Below are positions 1 to 9,624 of a stretch of DNA of 51,883 bases, one piece after another (positions within the stretch are counted from its first letter, which is position 1; each line of letters opens with the position of its first letter). Location of the stretch: positions 1-51,883 of IMG/VR virus record IMGVR_UViG_3300017911_000834, one strand, 5' to 3'. The translations under genes were made by a program, and so were the position numbers. The DNA comes from a virus (Duplodnaviria; Caudoviricetes). The notes under the pieces are model-generated. The model worked only from the letters and a program-made list of their open reading frames with translations, did not search any database and had not been told where the DNA came from.

Positions 1-381
1 CAACCTGTCCAGCAACCTGTCCAGCAACAACAACCCATTGACCCTACCGCAAGAGCAATGGCTCAACAAGGACAAGCGGCACAGGACATCAATACAATTC
101 AACAAGGAAAAGGGAAAGAAGAACAATCATGGTTTAAGAATCGTTCTGGCGCAGGTAAATTCTGGGACGCCGTTACCCTTGGCGCAACTTCTCGATTTGG
201 TAAAACAGGCAGTGTGGCACGTCGAAAAGCGAATCAAGCATCTCAACAACAGACTCAAAACTACAATGCGGCATTGGCTCGCCAAAACCGAATGGCAAAA
301 TCAATGGAGTTCTATCATGACTTGATTGAGAGTCGTATGGCGATTCAAGAACGAAACACGACTTACAATCTACGCAGGTGA
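1..381 (+). CDS. Gln-rich hypothetical protein, 5'-truncated by window edge
   Basis: Frame 1 is open from base 1 (QPVQQPVQQQQP...) through ATG58 to TGA381; the stop overlaps the next gene start (GTGA). Confidence 0.75.
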   Translation, partial: QPVQQPVQQQQPIDPTARAMAQQGQAAQDINTIQQGKGKEEQSWFKNRSGAGKFWDAVTLGATSRFGKTGSVARRKANQASQQQTQNYNAALARQNRMAKSMEFYHDLIESRMAIQERNTTYNLRR

Positions 382-2978
382 TTCTCATGAACGAGCGTGA
401 CGAAGCCTTGGATTTTATCTACAAGGGTTTCCGTGAGGGTCGCCAACAACGAAGGGAGTCATCCCGACAACGTGGGGCAGACATCATCGCAGATCGTAGA
501 GCAAGGATGGCTCAATACGGTTCTCGCAGTATGCCATTCCAAAATGTAGTGTCCTCAAGGCCACGACCACAACGAGGATCACCGAGCAGAATTCCACCTG
601 CATCAACACCACCAATGCCTACTTCTACATTTTCTGATGATGTAACGACTCCCAAGGATGAGTCCAAGCCAGAGGTCAATGAGGCAATGCCTACCGTTGA
701 TGAGGCCGTTAGTTCGCCTCCAATTGAACGTGAATCCGAAATGGGCCTCCCTGAAGCGATGGCACGTCTTGATTTGTCTGTGGGTAATTCGGGCAGACCT
801 ACTACCCGTTACTCTCCAACCGATCCTAAGCCGTCCCAAGCAAATGTTCCGCAAGCACCCGAAAGGATGGAGATTCCCCAAGAAGGTTTGATTTATGACC
901 CAACGGAAACCTCAACGGAAATTCCATTTGGACCGATTGATGCGAAGGGACTTTTGAATCCAAAGCCAGAAGCGGAAAAAACAGAACCCCAAAGACGAGA
1001 TCTTGGTGAGGCTGGCGATATTATAGATGGTAAAGTGAAATACAATCTTGACGGAAATCGTGTTCCCGAAAGAAAACCCGTTCCTATGGGTGAAGGGGAA
1101 TACAAACCAAAAACTCCTGAGCCTGAACGCTACAAACCACGTGAGATGCCTTACAAGAGAGAGTCGGTTAGAGGCCACGAAGAATTGACTCCTGCACCTA
1201 CGCTCGAACCTGTTGAGGAAAAACCAACTACTGCTACTCTTCGACCAAAACTACCTATTCTTCAACCTAAGACAGAAGAAGAACAACACGAAACATCCTT
1301 CGAAACGGCGTATAATGAAATGACAAATCAGGGCATTGATGATTCCAAAGAAAAGGTTGAACCAGAGCCTGAAACTCCCGACCCTAAGCCCGACCCAAAG
1401 GTTGCAGAAGTCGCTTCTAAAGTCGCACCACCGAAAATAGAAACAGGTGGTAAGACGCCAAACGCAGAGGCCATCCGGCGACGAAGTGAAGAATTGGCCG
1501 AGATTGGGCAGGGTGGAAAAAAGCCTGAAAAGAAGACGTCTGAAAAGAAGACGTCCGATAAGAAAAAGAAGCCCAAGGCTGGCGAATATGGAATTGGTAG
1601 GAAGAATTGGTCTAAAGGCAAATTCACTGGCAAAATTAACAACAATGAATATCTGCCTGAATTGATTCAAGGCAAAGGCCTCACGGGTAACACAATTACG
1701 CATGAAGAGGCCGAGAAAAGAGGCTACACAAGAGCAAACCTCAATGGTCAATCCGTTTATTGGATGAAGGCTGACGGAGAAGGGCAAAAAAAAAATCTGA
1801 GTGACGATGAGAAGTCAACTCAAGATGTTTCACAAACCATCAGCCCAGGAAGTAAATCGCCAAGCAAGTATGTAGGCAAATCCGATGATCTGGAAAAAGC
1901 AATCACCAACGAGGAAATGTTGGGATTCAGGTCTTTGTTCGGGACAAAGAATTTGCCCGTTGTTCTCGGACCTGATGGCTTTGTCATGCAGGGTTCAGCC
2001 GTTAGTGGCCCACATGATCGAGCGATGGCAATAGGCGAATTCATGGACGACCCTTTCGATCCGCCCTTCCATCCAGCAATCACATTGCCTTTGGATAAAT
2101 TAGTTCCACCGTCAAACGCTATGACATTACCTCCAAGGATGCCGAATGAAACCGATGAGAGTTATGATGTGCGTCGTAAGAAGATGGCAGATTACAAAAG
2201 GCGAATGCAAAATACAAATCAAAAAACGCTCATGGAAGATATGCAAATTCAAGAGGTTATCACTGATAAAATCAATACAAGGAGAGGCCCTTCGCAATAC
2301 AATTCACGTGGCGGTTGGTCAATCGTTGATGACGATGGAAACAAAAGAGCGTTGACCCCCGATGAAGCCGAATACTATTCGAAAAAGAAAAAGACAAGCC
2401 CATTCAAGAACGTTCAACTTCCGAGATTGGGTTCGCCCTACTATGTCCATGAAGCGGATAACCCGATGGAAAATCAATCATGGCGCATGACTCTGATGAA
2501 GCCTCGTCGTTACGGAGTCGGGCCGAAGGACTACACTTGGGATGACCCATCCACCCTTGGTGAGAGAGTATTCTCTGCACCCACGTATGCAACGGATGAA
2601 GGCATAATGCGACCACCTCCTATGTCATCATCAGGACGTGATGGCATAAGAAGTGCGACGAAAGACGTAGTGAGCCTCAGCCCAAGAGAATTCTCAAGCC
2701 GTGTTAAATCAATACCAAAGGATGACTATTACACACGTGTAGGCAAAACTTCGGTCATGACTGAATATCTAAAGGATTATCAAAAATTACTGGACAAGTT
2801 GAAGATTGTTCCTGAGCAGGATATTGAAATCCGTTCCGGCGAAAATGCGCCTGTGGTGATTGATAATTTGGGTCAAGAAAGAACAACGTATGGTTTTGAA
2901 CCTTCGAAGATGGCGTATATGTTAGCCCCCCGTGTTCATGAAGAGAGTTGGCAAAGCATGAATGATTTGTTTGAGTGA
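378..2978 (+). CDS. Large low-complexity (Pro/Glu/Lys-rich) hypothetical protein, possibly virion-internal
   Basis: 866-aa ORF coupled to the upstream stop; the start may be ATG387; no recognisable catalytic motif. Confidence 0.75.
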   Translation: MILMNERDEALDFIYKGFREGRQQRRESSRQRGADIIADRRARMAQYGSRSMPFQNVVSSRPRPQRGSPSRIPPASTPPMPTSTFSDDVTTPKDESKPEVNEAMPTVDEAVSSPPIERESEMGLPEAMARLDLSVGNSGRPTTRYSPTDPKPSQANVPQAPERMEIPQEGLIYDPTETSTEIPFGPIDAKGLLNPKPEAEKTEPQRRDLGEAGDIIDGKVKYNLDGNRVPERKPVPMGEGEYKPKTPEPERYKPREMPYKRESVRGHEELTPAPTLEPVEEKPTTATLRPKLPILQPKTEEEQHETSFETAYNEMTNQGIDDSKEKVEPEPETPDPKPDPKVAEVASKVAPPKIETGGKTPNAEAIRRRSEELAEIGQGGKKPEKKTSEKKTSDKKKKPKAGEYGIGRKNWSKGKFTGKINNNEYLPELIQGKGLTGNTITHEEAEKRGYTRANLNGQSVYWMKADGEGQKKNLSDDEKSTQDVSQTISPGSKSPSKYVGKSDDLEKAITNEEMLGFRSLFGTKNLPVVLGPDGFVMQGSAVSGPHDRAMAIGEFMDDPFDPPFHPAITLPLDKLVPPSNAMTLPPRMPNETDESYDVRRKKMADYKRRMQNTNQKTLMEDMQIQEVITDKINTRRGPSQYNSRGGWSIVDDDGNKRALTPDEAEYYSKKKKTSPFKNVQLPRLGSPYYVHEADNPMENQSWRMTLMKPRRYGVGPKDYTWDDPSTLGERVFSAPTYATDEGIMRPPPMSSSGRDGIRSATKDVVSLSPREFSSRVKSIPKDDYYTRVGKTSVMTEYLKDYQKLLDKLKIVPEQDIEIRSGENAPVVIDNLGQERTTYGFEPSKMAYMLAPRVHEESWQSMNDLFE

Positions 2979-2988
2979 GGTGAAATGA

Positions 2989-4425
2989 ATGTCTGATGCT
3001 CTAAATCAATTAGCCGCACAGGTTGATTTTGAGATGGGGCGTAAGGACTTCAAGTATTTCTTCGAAGAAATCTGTGGCAAATACGACAAAAAGAATCCGT
3101 GGATTCTGACCAAGTTTCACAAAGAGTGGTTCGATCTCTCCGAGGGTAATAGCAAAACCTGTATCATCGCCAGTCGTGACCACGGCAAGTCTGTGTTCTA
3201 CCGTGTGTATCTGCTTTGGAAAATGGCATACAACCCTGGCACTGAAGTCTTGTTCTTTTCCCACAGTCAGCATCAGTCAATTGAACATATGGCGAAGATG
3301 AATGAATTGATTGAATCAACCCCTGCACTTCAGCATCTGAAGCCAAAGCGTGGTTGGGCAAAGCAGAAGTTCAAGTTCACCAACAAATCATCCATCTCGG
3401 CTATGTCTGTTGGCAAAGCAGTTCGTGGGGCGCACCCTCAGATTGTTGTGCTTGACGATATTCTGTCGAGTGAGGCTCAAACACAATTGAAGCACATTTC
3501 GTCTTGGTTCTACACTGCGCTTCTTCCTGTTCTTCACCACACTGCTCAACTCTGTATCGTTGGGACGCCTTTCTCATACACCGACCTGTATTCCGAACTG
3601 AAGAAGTTGAAGTCCTATGCAGTTCGTGAATATCCTGCTATCAATGAGCAAACAGGCGATCCACTGTTCCCTGAGCGTTGGTCTTTGGATGCTTTGAATG
3701 ACAGGCGTAACGACATGACTTCAATTGCATTCACACGTGAGTATCTGTGTAAGCCGATTGCCAGCGATGCCAGCCTGTTCCCTGAAGAAGTTCTGAACAG
3801 AGTCAAGGATGATGAATTGGCATTGTCCTATTATCCACATGATGGAGAATCCTACAACTATTACATCGGTTGGGATCCTGCAATCTCAGCGGATCGGAGA
3901 GCCGACTACACATGTATGATGGTTGTTGCCGTTGATGAGAACAAAAACAAACACATCATCCACACACATCATGAGAAGGGAATGGACTTTTCTTCACAGA
4001 TTGACAAAATCATCGAATTGAATGCTCGATTCAATCCGGTCATCATTGAATTGGAAACCAACAACTTCGCATTGGCATTCAATCAAGTGTTGAACGAAAT
4101 CAGTGACTTGCCGATAAAACCATTCAATATGAGCCGTATGAAGAAAGAGGCTTTAATTCATACCCTCCAACTGCAATTCGAACAGGGGAAGTTGACTATA
4201 CCCTACAAGGATGAAGGAGGGACAAGGAGATTGATGAATAATCTGTTGACTGAACTCTCCACGTTCACTATGCTTGACAACGGTAGAATGGAAAGCCTCG
4301 GCGGTCATGACGATATGGTTATGGCCTTGGCGTTATCTGTTCAAGCAACGAAGGAGTATCGAGATAGCATCGTCATCTTAGATGCCGAGATTTGGCAAAG
4401 TAGGTTAGGGTGGGCAAATGTTTGA
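2989..4425 (+). CDS. terL: Terminase large subunit
   Basis: Walker A-like IIASRDHGKS, Walker B IVVLDD, coupling motif VGTP, nuclease motifs IGWDPA...DYT and HDDMVMAL; GAGGTGA RBS upstream. Confidence 0.95.
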   Translation: MSDALNQLAAQVDFEMGRKDFKYFFEEICGKYDKKNPWILTKFHKEWFDLSEGNSKTCIIASRDHGKSVFYRVYLLWKMAYNPGTEVLFFSHSQHQSIEHMAKMNELIESTPALQHLKPKRGWAKQKFKFTNKSSISAMSVGKAVRGAHPQIVVLDDILSSEAQTQLKHISSWFYTALLPVLHHTAQLCIVGTPFSYTDLYSELKKLKSYAVREYPAINEQTGDPLFPERWSLDALNDRRNDMTSIAFTREYLCKPIASDASLFPEEVLNRVKDDELALSYYPHDGESYNYYIGWDPAISADRRADYTCMMVVAVDENKNKHIIHTHHEKGMDFSSQIDKIIELNARFNPVIIELETNNFALAFNQVLNEISDLPIKPFNMSRMKKEALIHTLQLQFEQGKLTIPYKDEGGTRRLMNNLLTELSTFTMLDNGRMESLGGHDDMVMALALSVQATKEYRDSIVILDAEIWQSRLGWANV

Positions 4426-5677
4426 GAAAAGTTGGCGTATAGAAGGAGTGTTCGGTATCGAATCGCCAGAGGACGCCATCATCAAAGTGCTTGATTCCAA
4501 ACTTATTGACATGGAAATCAAGAACAACATGAATGAAAAGAAACTCCTTGAGCAAAAGAAGAAGGAGGCATCCAAGCAACCCGCAGAAAGCGCAGGTAGT
4601 CCCCGTGAAGATGCCGGTATTGAAGGTCTTGAAGGCGATAATACCGGCGGTGGTGATGTTCAACCCGGCACTGAAGTTGGTGAGGGGACATCTCCGTTGC
4701 CACAGGTTTCCTTGTCCAAGAGTTGGTTTGTAGATAACTTTGGGATGCAAGGCAAAGAAATTGTGGAACTCTTCATCAAATCAGGACGTGATGAGATGGT
4801 TTCTGTCATCGAGCCTTTGATTGTCCGTGAGCGTATGGCTCTGCTGAAATCATTCCCATCGGTATCTCCCGATCTTGTCAACAAATTGCCATTCACGGAT
4901 TTCGATTGGGAGATGTTGCAGAAGAACACCGATTCACTTGAGATTCCATTTAGAAGGTTCGTCAAGAGTTGGAATGATGGGAATGAAGATGCTTATGACA
5001 TCTGGTCAAACAGAATCACCAAAGAGGAACGCCTCAGCCTACCTGAGCGAAAATTGTTGCAGAAGGCTCACGATATTCTTGATGTTCATGGTAGCATGAA
5101 TACTCAAGCACTGCAATCTCATGGAGTCAATACAAGCACCACCAAGATTGCCATGCTCATCAAGTCACACGGATTCCTGTATGACATCGAGGCACTTGGG
5201 GCAGGTTCACGAAACAATGACCGTGGACTGTTTTATGGTTTGAAGAAGCATGACATCTTTGTGAAAGATGCCGGTGCTTTGATTGGCGATCTGTATGAAA
5301 TCGGTGGCAACATCGAAATCAGTCCCCGTGGAACGCCCCGAATAATTCTGCCTTTCAGTTCTAAGGTATGCAAAGAGTATGCCAATGCGCTTAACAGTGA
5401 AATGGGCGTAGGCGGTATCATCGCAGAAGGCAATGGCTTGGTGATTGAGGGCGAAACTTCTGTTTCAAAGGCAATCGAACAAGCCCTCCCCCATCTGAAA
5501 GAAAAGAGAGGCGAGGTCGTGATTTTGAAGAAGGCACTTGAGGATGACTCAGAAGCCCTCAAGTGTTTGACTTACGCTCATGCAAAGCCACAGAAGCAGG
5601 TGTCCTTGCTGAAATCGTGGAATATGTCTGAGGAATCATTTGTAGAGATGCAGGAGGCCGTAATCAATGGCGAGTAA
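4418..5677 (+). CDS. Hypothetical protein with putative wHTH and degenerate LAGLIDADG-like C-terminal domain
   Basis: Segment LIGDLYEIGGNIEISPRGTPRIIL...MGVGGI...IEGETSV...LPHLKEK resembles the LAGLIDADG fold pattern but lacks the acidic catalytic motif; overlaps both terL and the portal gene. Confidence 0.6.
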   Translation: MFEKSWRIEGVFGIESPEDAIIKVLDSKLIDMEIKNNMNEKKLLEQKKKEASKQPAESAGSPREDAGIEGLEGDNTGGGDVQPGTEVGEGTSPLPQVSLSKSWFVDNFGMQGKEIVELFIKSGRDEMVSVIEPLIVRERMALLKSFPSVSPDLVNKLPFTDFDWEMLQKNTDSLEIPFRRFVKSWNDGNEDAYDIWSNRITKEERLSLPERKLLQKAHDILDVHGSMNTQALQSHGVNTSTTKIAMLIKSHGFLYDIEALGAGSRNNDRGLFYGLKKHDIFVKDAGALIGDLYEIGGNIEISPRGTPRIILPFSSKVCKEYANALNSEMGVGGIIAEGNGLVIEGETSVSKAIEQALPHLKEKRGEVVILKKALEDDSEALKCLTYAHAKPQKQVSLLKSWNMSEESFVEMQEAVINGE

Positions 5678-7472
5678 AGAGAGAATGGAACGTCTGTTCT
5701 CCGCCATTGGCGTTGATATGGAAAGGCACACTACCCCAATGCCGACTATGCCTCTGTTCCAATCAGGAATACAAGAGCCACCATTGTTGCAGGGGATTAC
5801 CATCCCTGCCCTGTATGCGGCTACATTCGAATGCGTTGTTCTACGTTCAATTCTCAATCACCTTTCTGTTGAAACGTTTCGTAAGGGGTATGGCTGGAAA
5901 CCGAAGTTTGTTGTGAAGTGTCGAGAGTGTGATGAGAAGTATCACCAAGAGGTTGAGCAATGTCAGTCGTGTGGTGGTGAAGTCAGGAAGGCCGATAAAA
6001 GTGAAATCGAATATGCCGAGGCATTGCTGGAAAGCAAAAACGGCATGATGCAGAATTTCATTGAAATCATGAAAGAGATCGAGATGGACTTGAACATCGT
6101 TGACGATGCTTACCTCATCCTCACAAAAGAATACTTTGTGGATCCTGACTCCAAGCAGGTCATGTTCTACCGTATCAAGGAGATTACACGTGCAGACCCC
6201 ATCTTCATGCGTATGTTGGCAGACAAGCGTGGTGTTCGTGGCGGTAGCCAATACACAAGTCTGGTTGACCGAACTTTCAGGACGAGTGACCCGAAGGACA
6301 AATGCCCTGTCACGGGTATGCCTGTTGTCCCTATTCACTACATGAACCTCGCAGGAGTTGGCAAAGGCCAAGTCTATACTGAAGGAGAGGTCATTCATCT
6401 CAGCAAATGGTCGCCATCCAAATTGTATGGCCGTAGCCCTGTGGCAACGATGTGGCGTCAAGTCAACACTTTGATTGCTATGGACAATTATGTGTATTCT
6501 GCGTATCAGAAGAAGCGTATGCCCCGTGGCGTCATGGTCATCAAATCGTCCAACATGGAAACGGTTGAGAGGACGGCGAGGAACATCCAAGAGCATCTTG
6601 AACGTGACCCGTCATACATTCCTACAATCGGTGTCGAAACCGAATCAGGCCGTGGAGGTTTGGAGTATGTCCGTATGATGGACACGCTCGAAGAACTGCA
6701 ATACATCCCAATTAAGGATGACATTCGACAACGTATCGCCGCTTTCTTTGGTGTGTCAAACGTATTCATGAATGACGTTTCAGGTGGGGGGTTGAACAAC
6801 GAAGGTATGCAGATCGTGGTGAGCAATCGTGCGGTGGCTTATGCACAGTCAATCTACAACCGTGTTCTATTCCCACAAATCATTGAGGCATTCGAGATTA
6901 CCGAATGGGAATTAGTCCTCAACCCACACGAAGAGGAAGATGAAATCATGCACCTGCGCCGTGATGAGATGGCAATCCGCAACATGATGCAGATGAAACA
7001 AGCAGGATATGAGGCGAGTTTGCGTGACGGCATTGACGACAAGATGCTACACTTTGACTTCAAGCAACCAGACCCTCAACAGGTTGCACAGGCTCAGGCG
7101 GCACAACAACAAGCACAACAGGGAGGCCAACCTCCTGTGCAGAAAGCCGATGATTTGTTTGATTCCGATCCAAACATGATGTTTAAGCGAACTAATTTTG
7201 ATGCGAGCCGTGGCTCTGTGCCAATTGGTGATTCTGTCATTTCAACTGCTGGAACGGGACTACCCCCTTTACGAACTCAAAGTGAGAACACAAGGGTCAG
7301 TGGCGGTTCAAGTCCAGACATGATTGGTAGAGTTGAGGGCGCACCAACGGGTGCAGAAATCAGAACCGATAAGCGTCAGCATAAAACACCAAAGGAAAAG
7401 GCCGTTGATGACATGATTCGTCAGAAAGAAAAACGCCTTGGTTTGGATGGTTCAAGGGGCAATAGTCAATAA
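5667..7472 (+). CDS. Portal protein
   Basis: Position after terminase; motifs EVIHL..WSPS.LYGRSP, MPRGV, RIAAFFGV typical of HK97-family portals; CxxC-x10-CxxC insert. Confidence 0.9.
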   Translation: MASKERMERLFSAIGVDMERHTTPMPTMPLFQSGIQEPPLLQGITIPALYAATFECVVLRSILNHLSVETFRKGYGWKPKFVVKCRECDEKYHQEVEQCQSCGGEVRKADKSEIEYAEALLESKNGMMQNFIEIMKEIEMDLNIVDDAYLILTKEYFVDPDSKQVMFYRIKEITRADPIFMRMLADKRGVRGGSQYTSLVDRTFRTSDPKDKCPVTGMPVVPIHYMNLAGVGKGQVYTEGEVIHLSKWSPSKLYGRSPVATMWRQVNTLIAMDNYVYSAYQKKRMPRGVMVIKSSNMETVERTARNIQEHLERDPSYIPTIGVETESGRGGLEYVRMMDTLEELQYIPIKDDIRQRIAAFFGVSNVFMNDVSGGGLNNEGMQIVVSNRAVAYAQSIYNRVLFPQIIEAFEITEWELVLNPHEEEDEIMHLRRDEMAIRNMMQMKQAGYEASLRDGIDDKMLHFDFKQPDPQQVAQAQAAQQQAQQGGQPPVQKADDLFDSDPNMMFKRTNFDASRGSVPIGDSVISTAGTGLPPLRTQSENTRVSGGSSPDMIGRVEGAPTGAEIRTDKRQHKTPKEKAVDDMIRQKEKRLGLDGSRGNSQ

Positions 7473-7475
7473 ATA
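7468..7475 (+). promoter_or_regulatory. Putative archaeal TATA-like box (AATAAATA)
   Basis: AT-rich element about 27 nt before ATG7502, at one of the few intergenic gaps. Confidence 0.3.
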
Positions 7476-7501
7476 GAAGGTTATGCGAAAGGTGAGCGAG
7501 C

Positions 7502-7840
7502 ATGTTTGACATCATTGAGAAAATGGATCCTATGGCACGAAGGGCTTTGGCGGCAATCGAGGGTGTGCAGAAAGCGATTCAGGCCAGCGACAAAGAGGCA
7601 ATCAGCCACGGAATTATGGCGGCTGAGAACGCATTGGCAATGCTCAAATCCGATTTGGCACTTCATGACCAACTTGAGAAGTCAATGTCAAACAAGCCAA
7701 CGGCTGACCGATTCATGGGCGTCATCCCTCAATATGACAACACTGCTTCCGATTACAACGGAACGGAGAATGCCGTGGCTATGGGCGTGAGTCGTCATGG
7801 CCGTAATACCGGATTCTTCACCCCTCACAGGATCGTGTGA
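7502..7840 (+). CDS. Hypothetical head-module protein
   Basis: 112 aa, AGGTGAG RBS, helical N-half; overlaps next gene. Confidence 0.8.
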   Translation: MFDIIEKMDPMARRALAAIEGVQKAIQASDKEAISHGIMAAENALAMLKSDLALHDQLEKSMSNKPTADRFMGVIPQYDNTASDYNGTENAVAMGVSRHGRNTGFFTPHRIV

Positions 7841-8268
7841 TTACAATGTGGAAAATGGACGGATGGAAAAGCCCTAACCAACGGGCGCATGTCTATGACA
7901 TGTTTGTGAAGCAAGCCCCTGTAACGTCTGTTTCTACTGCACCTGCGGCACAACTCATCAACGCCATTGACGAGGGGATTCAACAACTCGCTCAACAGTG
8001 TGGTGAGATGAATACTCTCATGTCACAAGCACGTGGCACGAATGTTGCATCAGAGCCAACCATTGCTCTCCAAAAGAACATGGCGGCTCTGCAACAGAAA
8101 ATCCTATCTCTGAGTCAAGACATCTCAATGATTCGTGAAGCACATGCTTCTGTTGCTCAAATGCAACCTCTCGAACCTGTGCAACCTAACGACCCGATGA
8201 TGGCATCACAACAACAACAACCTCCGATGAACCCGATGGGCGGAGGAATGCCAGGGGTGGGAATGTGA
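7837..8268 (+). CDS. Hypothetical coiled-coil, Gln/Met-rich protein
   Basis: 143-aa ORF with GTGA coupling on both sides. Confidence 0.75.
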   Translation: MITMWKMDGWKSPNQRAHVYDMFVKQAPVTSVSTAPAAQLINAIDEGIQQLAQQCGEMNTLMSQARGTNVASEPTIALQKNMAALQQKILSLSQDISMIREAHASVAQMQPLEPVQPNDPMMASQQQQPPMNPMGGGMPGVGM

Positions 8269-8579
8269 GCGAGAGTCAAGAACAAATTGACATCTTGAAA
8301 GAACTCATCTCTGAGGTTCGTGTCCTCAATCAACGTGTCCAAGCACTTGAGGCCGATAACAACAATTTGGCAAAGGCCGTTGGCGACCCTGAAATTCTGA
8401 TGAAGAAATACGGTTGGAAGAAATTCTCAACCCCCCACGCTGATGAAACCTTTGACCCCCTTAACCGTCAAGTTCCCGTTGATAACACACCGTTCTCTGG
8501 TAGCGGTGAATTGTTCCTGAAGTCCCGTGATGAGGTTCTTCGAGAATGGGAAGATGCTGAAAAGGCGGTGAGGCAATGA
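8265..8579 (+). CDS. Hypothetical coiled-coil protein
   Basis: 104 aa, coupled start and stop (GTGA/ATGA). Confidence 0.8.
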   Translation: MSESQEQIDILKELISEVRVLNQRVQALEADNNNLAKAVGDPEILMKKYGWKKFSTPHADETFDPLNRQVPVDNTPFSGSGELFLKSRDEVLREWEDAEKAVRQ

Positions 8580-9610
8580 ACGGACGCTGGTTTAATCCAC
8601 TTGAAGAAACTCCTGAAGGTCTTTTGTTGAAGGATGTTGCATCCTTGCTCAAAGAGGTCAAGAACAAAAAGAAAGCCGATCTTGACAAGGATGGAAAATT
8701 GTCTGGCTATGAAAAGAAACGTGCAAAGGCGATTGAATCCTCAATGGCAAAGCGTGGCTACAAATCAGATCGTGGACAAAAGCCAGCACCAAAAATGCCC
8801 AATGCAAAAGGCAACAAGACTGTCATCAAGTTTGATTCATCTGACAACTGCCCTCGTTGTGGGGCTAATCCCCATGAAGAATGTGGATTGACAGGTGCAT
8901 CTCACGATATGCACAGAGCCATTGATTGTCTTCACAACCCCGTCGCTTTTGATTCTCGTTATGATGACATGCGTGAAGGAGTCACCCCCGGTGAAGTGAT
9001 GGACTTGTTGCGTTCAGATGAGAAAAACACCAACTGTTCCATGTGCAACAGTATGTGCAACGATGATGGTTCGTGCGATAACTGTGGCACGAAAGCAAAG
9101 AAAATCGAGAAGTATTCCGTTGAGTCCAGCGTGGAGAATCTGTTCCCGCAATTCCAAAACGTTGACGGCGGAATTCCAGTCAATGCACATGGATTCACGA
9201 CCAATGGAACATACCCTGCGACCAACGATGGTCCGAAGAAATCCATCGTTAGTGAAAACGCAAAGATTCCAGCATACGCAAAGAACGGCTACACTGCAAA
9301 GTCAAGTAGCCTTCACATGAATTACAACGATGCGGGTGGTTCTCGAAGTAATCCACCTAACATTGACACTATCGAACAACGCCTTGCTTCTTTGACGAAA
9401 CAGGCTGGCCGACACAACATGGGTGTGATCGGAGAGATTGAAGGTCTGTTGAAGCAGGTTAAAGACCATCTCGCTAAAGGTGAAAAGCGCACGTGCGCTC
9501 AATGTAAAGTGGATGGAATGCTTGGAGGTCGAGGTTTGTCAGATTCCGAGGGGAAGTTCCCAGGTCGTGGTTCATGTCCAGATTGGTGTGTCAATGCAAA
9601 AAATGATTGA
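8576..9610 (+). CDS. Modular hypothetical protein with EF-hand-like DLDKDGKLSGYE motif and three Cys clusters
   Basis: 344 aa; CPRC..C, CSMC...CDNC and CAQC...CPDWC clusters; GGTGAGG RBS. Confidence 0.8.
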   Translation: MNGRWFNPLEETPEGLLLKDVASLLKEVKNKKKADLDKDGKLSGYEKKRAKAIESSMAKRGYKSDRGQKPAPKMPNAKGNKTVIKFDSSDNCPRCGANPHEECGLTGASHDMHRAIDCLHNPVAFDSRYDDMREGVTPGEVMDLLRSDEKNTNCSMCNSMCNDDGSCDNCGTKAKKIEKYSVESSVENLFPQFQNVDGGIPVNAHGFTTNGTYPATNDGPKKSIVSENAKIPAYAKNGYTAKSSSLHMNYNDAGGSRSNPPNIDTIEQRLASLTKQAGRHNMGVIGEIEGLLKQVKDHLAKGEKRTCAQCKVDGMLGGRGLSDSEGKFPGRGSCPDWCVNAKND

Positions 9611-9624
9611 AGGTGGTCTTTTGC

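Noticed and set aside
1-36. Tandem CAACCTGTCCAG repeat at the window start
   Set aside because: Only two copies of an in-frame 12-mer encoding QPVQ; a low-complexity coding repeat, not a CRISPR array or iteron.
38-325. Alternative-frame 95-aa ORF
   Set aside because: Overlaps the frame-1 gene, which is open from base 1 and coupled to the next gene.
1527-1562. 15-bp tandem repeat (GAAAAGAAGACGTCT)
   Set aside because: About 2.5 in-frame copies encoding EKKTS in a disordered region; no spacer structure.
4418-5677. Active homing endonuclease, intron or intein
   Set aside because: Catalytic acidic motif absent; terL and portal are uninterrupted; no intein C/S...HN ends seen.
5847-6596. Long antisense ORFs (also 13854-14510, 14626-15198, 47391-47699 and others)
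   Set aside because: Shadows of strongly codon-biased genes on the opposite strand; no RBS or recognisable motifs.
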